Assembly (NCBI RefSeq): GCF_009914755.1
Contig: NC_060930.1
Source: the human T2T-CHM13v2.0 reference genome, Homo sapiens
Length of the DNA: 64,000 bases
Reading direction: 5' to 3' (one strand)
Below are positions 40,859-54,662 of this stretch, one piece after another. Below the pieces are notes generated by a model. It had not been told where the DNA came from. It ran no database searches and was given only the letters and a program-made list of their open reading frames with translations. Numbering within the stretch: position 1 is the first letter of the stretch; every line of letters starts with the position of its first letter. A program made the translations under genes and the position numbers.

Positions 40859-41892
40859 GTGTGTTATGAATAGCTGAATATCTGGTAATATAAATAAAAA
40901 TCTTTAAAATCTTAACAGTCTGAATACTAGAGAGTAAATTTTATTTCTTAAAAGACTTTTACTACAGTCAATTTTGTCATGCAATATTAATGGAGTGTAA
41001 TGAGTTTGATAGGGCAGTTCTATGTATGTGCTGTCTTCCCTTTGAGAATGAATATGAATTCTTTTCTGTCAACATTGCATATAGATAATATTAATCATTT
41101 GAAGCACACACTGTGGCTATACCTGAGGTAAGGTGTTCTGGTGTTGATAAATGAATGAATCATCCTCAGAGATTTAGATGAAATTCTTGAAAAGTTTGCT
41201 ATTATTTTTAAGGCAAATATTTAATTTGGGAACAGAGGTCCATCTTTCTGAATATTTGAGGCTTCTAAAATGTACAAAAAGGAATCTGTTTGACATTTCT
41301 GAGAAATAGAGGAATCCAATGATATAAGGGTCTTTTCTGAAAGCATTAAAAAATTTAGTTATAATCTTGAATGATAACTTTCAGTGTTTTATCACAATGA
41401 AAGTATTTCATTGACCCAAATTAATGGACTGTTTATTTTTTTATACTGTAATGCTAGTGAAGTTGTAGGGAAAATTATATACCTAGATATGTATTTGTAT
41501 AAATATATAAACCTTCTCAATATCTGGCTTCAGTAGTCTTACATTTTATTTATTGAAATTTAAAAACTTTAGTAAGTCAGTTCTCATAAATATTAACCTA
41601 GGAAAACAATAATGCATACTTAGCAGCAAGGTTAATTTATGGACCTGCATTTGATGTGCCCTTTTATTTTCCTGGTTCAATTCCTGGATTAAGTAATAAT
41701 TCTAATTTTAAGAAATAATATGAAGTTATCCAAATAAATATAGAAGTAGCTGAAACTATTTTTTGCATATTTTAAATTTTATTAAATTTAAATAGTAAAA
41801 CTAATACATATATCCAGACTATAAAATAAAAATATTATAGGTATGGCTACAATCTCCTTTGATCATTACCATGAATCTTGATCCTTTTTTGA

Positions 41893-42265
<373 letters not shown>

Positions 42266-42369
42266 TAACAAATATTTATGGCCACATACTATCTATATAG
42301 TTTTTTTTGATGTGTGTGTTTTAAAATGTAAATAGTATTTTAATGTATGTGGTTATTTTGTAACTTCTA

Positions 42370-43225
42370 TTTGGCTACCTTGCTAAACTTTCTAATGTGA
42401 ACTCTAACAATTCACAAGTTAATTTCTTAGAGGTTTTTTTGGTAATTATTATATCATTTGCAAATAATGATAATTTTGTCTGTTTTTATTCTGATTCTTA
42501 TATCTGATTTGTTATTGTCTTGGATAGACAAGGATGGTGCAGAAGTGCTGGATAGATAATGATAGTATTTTGCATTATTCCTTACTTTAAGAAATTACTT
42601 CTAATATTTTATCCATTAAGTATGGTACTTATTACATATTTCCACTAGTGACATTTATTAAAAGGGTTTTCTTCTATTTCTAATTTCAGAAGATTAAAAA
42701 TGAGGTATTAAATTTTAGTCAATACCTTTACATTACTTATTTTTTGTCTTTTGTCTTTTAATATGGAGAATTGGTAGGTTCTCTAGTATTGAACCATCCT
42801 TGTATTCCTGGGATAAGCCCTATTTGGTCCTGATGTGTAATTAAAAAAAAATCCCTGTATCTGATTTGCTAATATGTAATTCAAGGTGTATATATCTTCA
42901 TTTATAAAAGTTATTTGTCCATGATTTCCTTTCTTGTGCTTTCTCTTGTTTTGGTATTAGTGCTATATTTGCTTGGTAAAATGGATCAGATAATTTCTTA
43001 TCTTTGTCTTTACTTTGAAAAGTTTATATAACACAAGAATTATGTGTTTTTTAAGGATGTGATAAAATTCACAAGCAAAATCTTGAGTTGGGTGCCATTT
43101 CAAGTATAGTCTTTTCTGTTAGCTTAATGTATTCAGTGGTTACTGATGTGCGTGTTTTAAAAATTCTTTGAGCTGATTTTGATGATTTTTCTAGAAATTT
43201 GACCATTTTAGCTAAGTGTTCATAT
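42370..43225 (-). mobile_element. Old L1M ORF2 fragment
   Basis: atcatttgcaaataatgataatttt, ttgaaccatccttgtattcctgggataagccc, ttttggtattag motifs of antisense ORF2. Confidence 0.7.
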
Positions 43226-45094
43226 AGGTATGCTAAAATTTCCACCTTAAAATGGAAGATTCATTATTGCTTTCTCACTTGCCAGGGGCAGAGAAATTGT
43301 TCTACTTGACAAGTTAATTTTAGCTTTCCACCAACAAAACAACCTACAGAGTATTTGTACTATATGCTGCTTTAGTTTTTGTGGTCTCTCAGTGAAGTTA
43401 GTTATTTTGCAATCAAATAATTATGGGAAATTTTGCTTTTAAAAAAATCAAGTGACAATGTATTTTCATAATGACACCTTCGATTCCAGAATTCAGGAAT
43501 CATAGAATTAAAAAATGCTTCGAATTTTCTTAAACTCCATGTTTCCTCACCAGTGAAATAGAAAATAACAAATAGCTATCTCATGAGGGTAGTTATATTA
43601 AAGTACATAATGACTCTACTGGTCTTCATACAACATTTGTGTGTGTTAAGTTATAGGGATAAGTTTGTATTAATATATGCCCTTTGCTTTAGAGAAAACG
43701 TACTTAGCAAACTGTGAATTTGAATAAGAGAGTTTTCCTCTATGTGTAAGTAATTATAATTGAATCTGGGGCTTGGACTATTTCTAATCATCTTAATTAA
43801 TTAGCAGGATAAAGCATAAATGGACTATTTTGTCTAATTTTGGTTATCAAACAAGTAGACCTGTCAGCTTAACTAAAAATAAAATGAACAAATAATTAAG
43901 TGATTGCATGTAGCTAGTTACAGCTTTAATCAATGTAATCAGTCAAATAAGTTAAATAGTCAAAAGTATTTGTGTTTTCACACACATGTTAAATCAGTGA
44001 GAATGATTTTGTTGTCTTACTGTAATTGTAGGAAAGTAGCAAATTTGAATATATCATTCAAGCATGAATATATAGGTTGTACTGCTGTTGCAAAAATTAA
44101 AATTGACAGAAAGATAAATTTATCTACTCCAAGTCCACCAAGCCTGGCAGGCCAGTGAAGGTGATGTGAGAAGAATGGTCAGGAGATGAGGTCAAGAACC
44201 TGAACTATATATTCTGTTAAGTTTGGGACACAGTTAACCAACTTAAATCCGTTATTTTGGAAAAGGAGATTATATATGGTGTATATTCAGTATCAGCTGA
44301 ACAACTTCTCTTTAGCAACATTTGCTCAGTTCTGGCCTTTATCTTTGACCTTCTTTGCAAGATATTAATAAATGCTTTTTATTCTAAGCGTAAGTGAAGT
44401 CAAGTCTAGTTAATTAAATAATATTTTCTTTCTCATAGTTTTGCATTAAGACTTCACTATTTCAAGACTTTGTCTCAACTGTCCTTGCCATTTTCTTGTC
44501 AATTTTAAAGTATTTCCTTCTCTACCAGGGAAAGTGCTTCCAATTTCTCCTCATAAGAACATTTGTCTTACTGTCTTAAAATTTCAAATCGAAGACACAG
44601 ATTAAGTGGCTAGAGGTTTGTGTCCTTTTTATACTTCCTTGCATTATTCTCCTCAATAAAGTTAAACTGTGTCACACAGCAATAAATGTACATTTTTACT
44701 GATGGAGTTTCCAGACTTTTTGTGATTAGGAGATTTTCTGTCTTTTACCTAACTCTTCATCCCTGGAGAAGAAGATGTGTGATACATAGTGAGAATAAAT
44801 AATATACTGGAGAGAGGAGGGGAGGAGTGATTAAGAAAGTCATATTTGCATTGCTTTATAGAGCAAGGAGCAGACCTTTCAGCCCAACAATTCCACATCC
44901 TTGAGAGATGCTTCTACCAGAGGGGGGCACAAATATCAGATATATTGTGATCACTTTCATGGCATTTGAGTTTGATTTGTATTTGTATTATAATTTCTGA
45001 ACATCACTATCACATATTTTATTTTTAAATAAATGAGTGGAGTTGTCTAAATGACTTAATTGTAACTTTTGATTTGTAGGTAGAAATTGCGTTA

Positions 45095-45330
45095 AGAAAT
45101 AACAGAAAGAACATGAATTTATAGTCAGAAAACCCAGGTTAGAATTTGAGCTGTGCTATATTTTAGCTGTATTAATTTGATGAAGGCACTCACAATTTCT
45201 GAATTTTAGTAGACACATCAACATGAATGATAATATTAATCTCATCAGGCTGTTGTGAAGATAAAATAAAATGTTTTTGTAAAGCACTAGTAAGCTGTCT
45301 GACACCTAAAAGAACTTTAATGTCTATTAA
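45095..45330 (+). mobile_element. MIR SINE
   Basis: agtcagaaaacccaggtt...ggctgttgtgaagataaaataaa...gtaaagcact. Confidence 0.65.
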
Positions 45331-45379
45331 TTCCTCTTTTGCTCAATAGCTATATTAACAGTGCTGAGAGCAGGGAGAC

Positions 45380-45590
45380 TCCTGTTATGTCCCCAGCTCC
45401 ATTTCTCAGAAAATATCTGACCTTGGTAGTTCCCATAAATGTTCTGAGTCTCAATTTTCTAAACTGTAGAATGAGAAGAAGTATCTGTTCAAATAAAAGG
45501 TCCGTCTTAGAGAAATTTTGTGACTATTAAATGAGAAAATAATATGCAATAAACTTTGAAAATTATAGAGTGCTAAAGATATATAAGCCA
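45380..45590 (+). mobile_element. MIR SINE
   Basis: cccagctcca...tgaccttgg...tctgagtctcaattttctaaactgtagaatgaga. Confidence 0.65.
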
Positions 45591-48500
45591 TTTCCTTTAA
45601 AAGAAAATATTAGTTCAGGCACTAATGTTGTATACACTGTATTTTATCTCAAAATCAGAATAAATAGACATTCAGGAAAAAAAAGTTCTTAATATTTTAA
45701 CACATATTTCCTTGTCATGTTTCACCACATGTATCCTTGGTCATTTTTCTAAGTCCCTGTGCAAATAGGACTCCAAAAAATAATTTTTTTCTGAGTATTA
45801 ACATTTGTTCTTTTACAAATATAATTGTGGGTCACTGAAAGGCCCTTAGCTTCCTATGAAACAACTAAGAGTAGCTTGAATCTTCTCCTAGAAGCCATAT
45901 ATACATAAGGGTATGGAGAATATTGGGAGTTTTATTTTGAATGAAGATAAATGGAAAATTTTAGGTTGAAAGAAAAATGAGATTACTTATTAAGATCAAA
46001 TAAAATTAATATTGTTAGAAGTTGTTTTTTGAAAGCTAATACTTATCTAAAAGAAAGGTCCCTTGACAGAGTAAATTTGCTTGAGCTGCAGATTTTCTTT
46101 TTCTTTTATTTTTGGATAATTTCATCAGATTTGGAAAAGAATTAAGAATTGTCTCTGTTATTGTCATTTAGACTTTTTCTGAACAATAGAACTAATTTAC
46201 CAACACGGAAGAAACATGCCAAATCACTGACCATAGCCCTTGAAAGGAAGGGTTTGGTTTTTAAAAAAATTAAATTAGATCTATAAGTTTGAGAAATTTC
46301 AGCATGTTTTTTATAATTCTTTATTATTGTGAAATTGGAAAAACTCATGACATTGCTTTATGTAACCAAGTGTTGCTTGGCTGCATACATAAGCTTTGTG
46401 CTGATAAGTGGGGCATCTGTTATAATGCTTAGAAATACTTGGAGTTAGTGTCTGGGCTCTAGGATGGGGCCGCTTGACTCACTGTGATCTGAATTGGAAC
46501 ACACTGCTTTATTCCACAGCCATCTAGACAGAAAGTGAGGACAACAATTTACCAGTTAAAGCAACAAAGCAATTGAGGTAGACAGAAAGTAATTAGTTTT
46601 TAATGATCTTTTGGAAGTCACATGAATAGATTGATTTCTGTTTTGATCTTGTTTGAATTAATAGCTGCTTTTGAGTCTTCAATCCCACTTGAGTATGCAT
46701 TGTTTCTCCATTTCACGGTCTGGTGCTCCTGAAGTTTAGGTTTTGCTTGGCCAATTGTTCCGTTTTGTAAAGCTCAGACCAGTGTTTTTGTGTTCCTTAG
46801 CTTTAAACATTGTTGTGGTGTTTTCCTTTTATTTCTATAGCTGTTTCCTCTTGGGAATTTGATGGGGCTATTATCACTTCCACAGGGCTAACATCCAAAT
46901 TGGAGGTTCTTATTTGGAAGCTAAAATTGGAAAAAATTGGCGTGAATTCATTTCTCACTAAAACCGTAACCCAGGCTCCGTGTTCCTTGGGAAGAGCATT
47001 TTCTGCTCTTGTCCTGGTTGCTGCCCAGACTTTTTCTTCTCTCCTTTTTGGATTATGTGAGTTACTTAGAACCAGCTAATGAGGGTGCAGGAAGCAGTTT
47101 GTATGGCCGGTGCCACTGTTATGACTAAAAAGCTTTTCCCCAAAATAAATAGTAGTTTGCCTCTCCCCAAAGCTTTGCAGACAATGAATCACAATATCCC
47201 TCACTTTTGCCCAAACATTGTCCCTTTTTTTCTTATCAGACAGATGTCTACATCCCTTCACTCTGCTTCCCTGTTGCCCATTTGATTCTCAGACACTCTT
47301 CCTTGTCAGGAAGGTACTAAAGGCTTAATATCTTTTTAATTCTCTCTTGTTTATTTGTTTTTGATGAATCAAGCTATGCATGTATGTTTTTATAAAATTA
47401 TTTTTTGAGAAGATGTGGAAGATGAAAAAAGCCAAATTCCTACAGAGAGATTTTCAAGATTTTTAAACAGACCTCCTGATTTTTCTATACAATTAAGTTC
47501 TTTAATATATGACTTTTTAATACTGTTGTGCTTTAAAATAATTTTTCACTTAAAATGATCACCTTTCCATGCCAATAAATATAGATCTCCATCCTACTTT
47601 TTAAAGACTGCCAGTGAAAGTTTTATATCTCTATGGTCCTAGACATTAGGGTAACTATAGGAAGAAAATAGGTGTGATTTGAAAATAGAGAAGATCAAAG
47701 AAATATCATTTACTAAGTCTTTCTAGAAAGCAGAAATGAGAAGAAATGGTTTGATAAGGTCAAAAGAAATTGCAACCTGGTGTGAATCAACAGATTTTAG
47801 AACACTAACCAAACACTACACTTACATTAAGTGTGAATGAGCATTTTGGAACTTTAATAGATTGGTGCTGGGATGCTGAATCTCTTCACCATCCCTCACT
47901 CCCTAGGACAGAGGAGGGAAGTAGAAAAAGAAAGAGAGCACAGAGAAATGGTAGAAAATAAGATGCAGGAGCCAAATTGGAAAAGAACGACAGAGAACGC
48001 TGGACTAGCAGGTTGGGAGTAGTCTTAAGAGAGAGAAAAGGAGAGGGGGCTATGGGATATTTACAGCCAACTTTCCATTTAGCGCCAGGCACCCAGTGGA
48101 GAAAAGACAATTTATCCTTGTCATAGCCCTGGCTGCACTGCTGCTCCTCCTGCCAGGCATTTTGTTCCCAGAAGGCACTCCCCAGTAATGTAAGGAGAAG
48201 GTGGGAGAGGGGGAGAGAAGGTCAGTAACGACTTCCATGGTCAGCACCCTAGTCGTTTTCAGCAGCCGTTTCAGGGTTCTTCAACAGCCTTGTCACTTTA
48301 TCTACTGTGTCTGTTTACTTCTCTCTGGATTTCCATTTTATGTTTTGTATAATTGGGTATCTCTAGCTCTCTATTTCTCCCATTCAGCTGAGCTAAAATT
48401 AAATTTTAAATTTTTGTTTAAGCTCCTTTTTTATGTTTTATATTATCATTTTGCCCTCAACCTTTTACTTTCTACAGGTTAAAAATCTGATATTTTAAAA

Positions 48501-48984
48501 ATAAATCTCCAGGTGGACCAAAGGTTCATATTAATCCATCATCTTTGTGCTTTTAGTATTTCATTGGCAAATATCCCACAGGATTATTTTATCTCAAACA
48601 TTTTATTTCATGAAGAGATATGAATTTGGTCCTTTTGCAGAATCCTGGGAGAACTTAACCTTCAGGAAAAAGACAAAATGATTGCCTTCTTCCAAGCCAG
48701 TGACTCAGTTTGAATATACATGATGGGAAGTGTGCATCTGCCAGTGACCTTTGGGATAATTTGGACTTTTGGCCTTTTTCCAAAATAAGGAAGCAGTAGA
48801 ACAGTTGCGTCTTGTTTTATGAATTCAGTCTCATTCATAATCCAGTATTTGGAAATTTCCCACCTTTTCCAGCAGAAGTTGCCTAGCTCTAATATGGACA
48901 CTGAGTATCCTCATCATGAGACATGTTTTGTGTGACACTCTGGCCTATTTGCTCCAGAGGAAAAAGTAGCAGCAGGATTAGGCG

Positions 48985-49460
<476 letters not shown>

Positions 49461-50420
49461 TATTACTAAATTATTTATATTGTTTCTACTAAAAGTGATT
49501 ATTAGACATAATGTCAAGATGCTCATATTCTGCTTAGGGGTTAAAATACTTAGGCATTAATTACCTAGAGGATACTGAAGTGCTAAACTCTATGGTGATG
49601 GTCATATTTTCAATTGTAGGCTCTCAGGTTAAGGAAAGATTTAAGCAGTTCAGCAAGTGGGGATAAGATGACCTTCCTGAAGAGGTGAGGATTGAATTGG
49701 GCCTGGAAGAGTAGGTAGAATTTAAAAGACACAAAAGGGAATTTAAGGTTCAAAAGAGGAGGTCAGGGGAGAAAAAGTATGAGTAAGCATATAACAAAAG
49801 ACTATAGAGTTTTAGAGCTATTTTTGTGGATTTTTTCGTTCTCTTTCCCCCCTTTTATTGGTATCCTTTTATGGAATCTCATTTCATTTTTTAGCTGTTA
49901 CCTGTGCCAAAATAATAAACATGCTCATGATGTCATGTCACTTTAAATCTCTAAGAATCTTGGTTTACTATTCAGCTGTTGCTTTGAAAGTGCACAATTC
50001 TGGAATTAATTCTGGGGAGCTGTGTTTGCAGAAGTGCTTATATTTAGGAGAATTGAGAGTTTATATTCCTAGAGACAACATCAAATTGCTAAGGAAAAGC
50101 TGCATTCCACGAACCAGGAAACACAATCTAGTGTTCATGATGGCTGTTCGTCCATGTATTAAGGAATTTGTACTGAGTGGTCAACTGCAGTAAGTGCTAC
50201 TGGAATGCTTCGTCCCTGCGGTACCTTACCTCATGTCCTCACTCTCCCTCATAGTCACAGACTGTGAAGGAAGCTGTGGAGGTGGGGATTTAAAAAGAAG
50301 AGGAAATCACTGGAGAGCCAGAGGGCTGTTTAAAATTCTACAAGTGAAGCAGGTTAAAAACATAACCCAGCATTTCTCTCTTTGCAACTAGATGCAAGAT
50401 TAGGAAGGCATTTAAAAAAA

Positions 50421-50652
50421 AAAGTGGGAGTTGAACAATGAGAACACATGGACACAGGGAGGGAAACATCACACACTGGGGCCTGTCGTGGGGGTAGGGG
50501 GCTAGGGAAGGGATAGCATCAGGAGAAATACCTAATGTAGATGACGGGTTGACGGGTGCAGCAAACCACCATGGCACATGTATACTTATGTAACAAACCT
50601 GCATGTTCTGCACATGTACCCCAGAACTTAAAGTATAATAATTAAAAAAAAA
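50421..50652 (+). mobile_element. L1PA6/7-like 3' end (5'-truncated)
   Basis: gtgggagttgaacaatgagaacacatggacacaggg...cagaacttaaagtataataa plus A tail. Confidence 0.93.
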
Positions 50653-51084
50653 TTCCTGAGATTGTATGATGCTCTATATAAAATTTAGAAAGAGGTTAAA
50701 TTAAATAATATTTAGCTATTTGTTCATTTAAATCTTTCTACCACTCCTGGTATTGCCCTGTTTACCTCTCAGTTAGTCTGGTCCATGGCTGGAGCCTGGC
50801 TAGCCAGGCCACAGGTCTCTGACCAGAAGACCGTCTTACCTGGCAAAGGACACATGGCTTCCTTCAAGGCCGAGCATATCAACCCAATGCAGAAATGACA
50901 GTGAATATCACAAATGCATTTTAGGCTTTAAAAGTTTAATTAAATGTAGGGGCAGTTTATGTGATTTATTTAATTACATGCGTTCTTTCTCAAAGCACCT
51001 TATTTTCCATGAAAGCCCCTATAATGAAGGTTCCCCTGGTCACTGTATCTGGGCATCACTTAGAAGGATTTTAAGCAAGGCAAT

Positions 51085-51290
51085 ACAGTGCAGCATGTTT
51101 GAAATTAAACAGATGTGGGTTGAAGTTCTGTCTCCACCACATATTAGCTGAATGATCTGGGGTAAGTTATTTAACCTCTCTAAGCTTATTTTCCCCCCTT
51201 TAAAGTAAAACTAATAATAGTATTACTGCAAAGTTTTTATTACTAATAAGACTAATAATAGTATTATTCCAAAGTTTTTTAAGAAGTAAA
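51085..51290 (+). mobile_element. MIR SINE with an internal ~29-bp duplication
   Basis: tgggttgaagttctgtctccacc...aagttatttaacctctctaagc; actaataatagtatta....aaagttttt at 51210 and 51251. Confidence 0.7.
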
Positions 51291-52029
51291 AACTAAAAGA
51301 GAGTCATTTAGTCGAGTGATTAATATAACCACTAGATTAGATTGATAATAGTGAATATTTTTTAAAAATGTAGTGGTTATCAATATCTTAACATTATTAA
51401 TGTATGACATAGTAAATGTAACAATTAACATTAAAACAGTCAATGTTAGCTATTATTATAATTGTCATAAGACTTGATTCAGTTAACTTTTGTAAGAATG
51501 TTTCCTCACCTGCAACATGAGGATAATATTAATATTACCTACAGACAGATGCTATAAACTACATCCAGGTGTGCTGTGAGAATTAAATGAGCTGCTGGGT
51601 GTGGCTGTGATTTACAAACCATAGTGTAATTATTGTGTCAAAGTTGAAAGCAAGTAGATAGTATCTGGTAGGACTTTTGACCTCAATGTAATGACCAGAA
51701 TCTGCAAGACAGCATTTTGGTGAGTGCTAATCTTTTGATTTAGGGCCAGTGTTTCTGGAAAGCCAGAAGGATGGTTTGTAATGAAGCAGAATGTTTTGCC
51801 CAGAACGGCTGGCTAAGCAGTTGCAAATTCTGTTTTCTTTGCCTGTTAAAGCCATTTTAGCTTAAGTGTTGTTGTAGCTACTATGGAGTCCTAGCTAGTG
51901 TCTTACTGTACAGAATTATTCATCATTTTCTAAGAGAATCATTTTGATAAGGAACATTCTCTTTATTTTGTATCTCTATTGGGGTCATCTTATGGGGCAT
52001 CCACCTTGGGATACACAATTTGTGAGACA

Positions 52030-52200
52030 TTTTCAGTGATATTATTTAATATTGTCCTTACAATCACCCTCTGAAGTATGCATTATCATCTATATTTACA
52101 GACAAGAAAAGTGAAACTCAGTAACTTGCCTAACATTAAATGAGAGAGCTGAGATTAACCCTCTTACCAAACTCAAGTTAGGTATATGCTCTTACCACTG
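52030..52200 (-). mobile_element. MIR SINE
   Basis: ccttacaatcaccct...tttacagacaagaaaagtgaaactcagtaacttgcc. Confidence 0.7.
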
Positions 52201-52255
52201 CATTGGTTCACTGGTTTTCATATTACTTTAGTGTAAGCACAGAAAAAGGGAAGGC

Positions 52256-52438
52256 AATAGGAGTTCTCAACCCAGAGCAGTGCTACCCCACTAAGGAGTG
52301 TTTGAAGAGGGTATTGATTGCCTAACTGAGTTAAGGGGCTGCTGGATTTGTTGGGCAGGGATCAGCAGTGCCAAATATTCTGCAGTGCTCAGGACTATAC
52401 AACTGAAGAATTTTCCCACCTGAGCAGCCAGCAGTGAT
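52256..52438. mobile_element. MER20-like hAT relic
   Basis: gttctcaacc terminus; gccaaatattctgcagtgctcaggac...aagaattttccc. Confidence 0.55.
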
Positions 52439-52569
52439 TCATGAATGTCTCTCTTGACCTTTTCTGAAAAGATAAAAGTGGACTGTGTCTGTATTAGTAT
52501 GACTATATTTTGTAGTTTTCACTTGGATGCTTTTTGTGATATAGGAAAACCCAACCCTTACTTCCCAAG

Positions 52570-53004
52570 TGATATGACTTGAATTCTTTTTCCCTCTAAA
52601 ACTTGTGTTGAAATTTAATCCCTAATGTTGCGGTATTGAGAGGTGAGGCCTTTAAGAAGTGAGTGGGTCAGAGCTCTCATAAATAGATTAGTCCATTCAT
52701 GGATTAATGGACTAATGGACTAATAGATTAATGAATTATCATGGGTGAAGAACTGGTGGCTTTATAGGAAGAGGAAGAGAGACCTGAGCTAGCACATCAG
52801 TACACTTAGCCCCCTCACTATGTGATACCCTGTGCAGCTTTGGGATCCTTTAGAGAGTCCTCACTAGCAAGAAAGATTTTACCAGATGTGTCTCCTCAAC
52901 CTTGGATGGTCCAGCCTCCAGAACTAGAAGAAACAAATGTCAGTTTCTTGGAATTACCCAGTTTCAGGGATTCTGTTATAAACAATAGAAAATGAACCAA
53001 GACA
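52570..53004 (+). mobile_element. MST-family (MSTB2/MSTC-like) MaLR solo LTR
   Basis: tgatatg...gaagagagacctgagctagcac...aaccaagaca; TSD ccaag/caaag. Confidence 0.85.
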
Positions 53005-54289
53005 CAAAGCAAGATGAAATTGTTTCATCTTTAGGTGTTTGTATAAACCTTATCACAGTACCTCAATCGCTGTATCCATAAGCATGAGCACCATTTTATT
53101 CATTACTGGCTTTGTGGTGCCTAGCATTGAGTCTAGCTAGTAGCAGGTGCTCAAGTAATACTTGTGAATACGAGGGCATAGTGGTTTCTCTATCATCTAT
53201 GAAGCTCAGGAGACAGGCCTGAAGGCATGGATTGTCTGTGCTTACTGCTCTTCCTCCCTGCCCTCCAAATAAACAGAACCAGTTATCCAACTTGGTTTAA
53301 AAACATTAGTGTTTCAGCGGCCATTAAAAATACATTGCATATTGCTCTTCCTGAATTCTTGCTCCTTTTCTGACTAACATGTGATCTGATAGCTTAGGGT
53401 CTCATTTGGTCACCAGCACCCTTCTAGGAAGGAATGTTCTATTCCTTGAATCTGGCTGAGTGATGGTTGCCTTACAAAGATTATTTTTCACGTCAGCTTC
53501 CTTAAGTTGTAGATCCATTTTTTTTCCCCTTGTGTACTTTGAGTGATAGAGCTATTACTAGAGCTGGGGTGTGTTTTCTAAATGGTTGGCTAGAGCAAAA
53601 GCATCATATTACATTTCTTAAGAAAGGACTTTAATTTATTAGAATTATTAGTTCTCATTTTCTACCTGTTAACCTTTGAAATATTATTTACTTTTCCTTC
53701 TGGCATTTGCATATACCTTGGGGTTATTTTTCTCTTTTTATATCGATCAAATATACTTTCATATATTGTAAATGTATGTAAAGCACTTCAGGTTGGCACT
53801 AGTCCTTTTCAATTACTAGTTAAAACGCTATGATGCCCTTTGAGAAAGAACTATATAAATTTCATATTTTAATTTATGAGCTCTCAGTTATGTTACTTGC
53901 TTAAGTTCCCTTAGCAATTAAGTAGAGGAATTAAAATAAGAACTAAACATGCCTGATTCCTAGTTATTTGGCTTCAATATTTTTTAAGAGTTTCCCTTCC
54001 TCTTCCCTCCATTTGTGATTTCTTCCTTCCTCTCTTTCTCCCAAGGAACTCCATTACTGACTTTCTTCTACATCTTACATAAAATTGTTAATTTCCTTAC
54101 TATACTTATAACCTTACACTTAGAGCTCAGGGTAGACCCAAGGAACGATTGTTAACTTAGGTCAGACCTGAGCACCGTGGGACCTGCCCAACCTCTCTCT
54201 CACCTTGCCAAATGCCTCCCACTTTCATAGTATCCCCATCACCAATTTCTTGACAAAAGTAGACTATCCCCACTGTCTCCCACCCTTTT

Positions 54290-54401
54290 ATTCACCCCTT
54301 CTCTTTCCCTCCTTCCCTCCCTCCCTTCCATCCTTCCTTCCCTTTCCTTCCTTCCTTCCCTTCCTTTCACCCTTTTCCTTCCTTCCTTCCTCTCTGTCTT
54401 T

Positions 54402-54461
<60 letters not shown>

Positions 54462-54502
54462 TCCTTCTTTCTCCTTCCTTCCTTGTCTTTTTCTTTCTTT
54501 TC

Positions 54503-54542
<40 letters not shown>

Positions 54543-54662
54543 TTCTTTCTTTCTTTTCTTTCTTTCCTCTCTCTCTCCCCTCCCTCCCTCCCTTCCTCCC
54601 TTCCTTCCTTCCTTTTTCTCTCTTTCTCTGTTTCTCTCTCTCTCTTTTCTTTCTTTTTTTTC
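54290..54662. repeat. Compound (TTCC)n/(TTTC)n/(TC)n polypyrimidine tract
   Basis: About 370 bp of almost pure pyrimidine with long perfect TTTC runs. Confidence 0.97.

Noticed and set aside
46921-46932. ctaaaattggaa matches U6 snRNA
   Set aside because: Only 12 AT-rich nt with no flanking similarity or TSD; expected by chance
48239-48260. TCAGCACC REST half-site
   Set aside because: The right half (GGACAG) is absent
54124-54172. ~50-nt hairpin gctcagg...cctgagc as a pre-miRNA
   Set aside because: 18-bp stem with 4 mismatches; too short and weak to call without expression data
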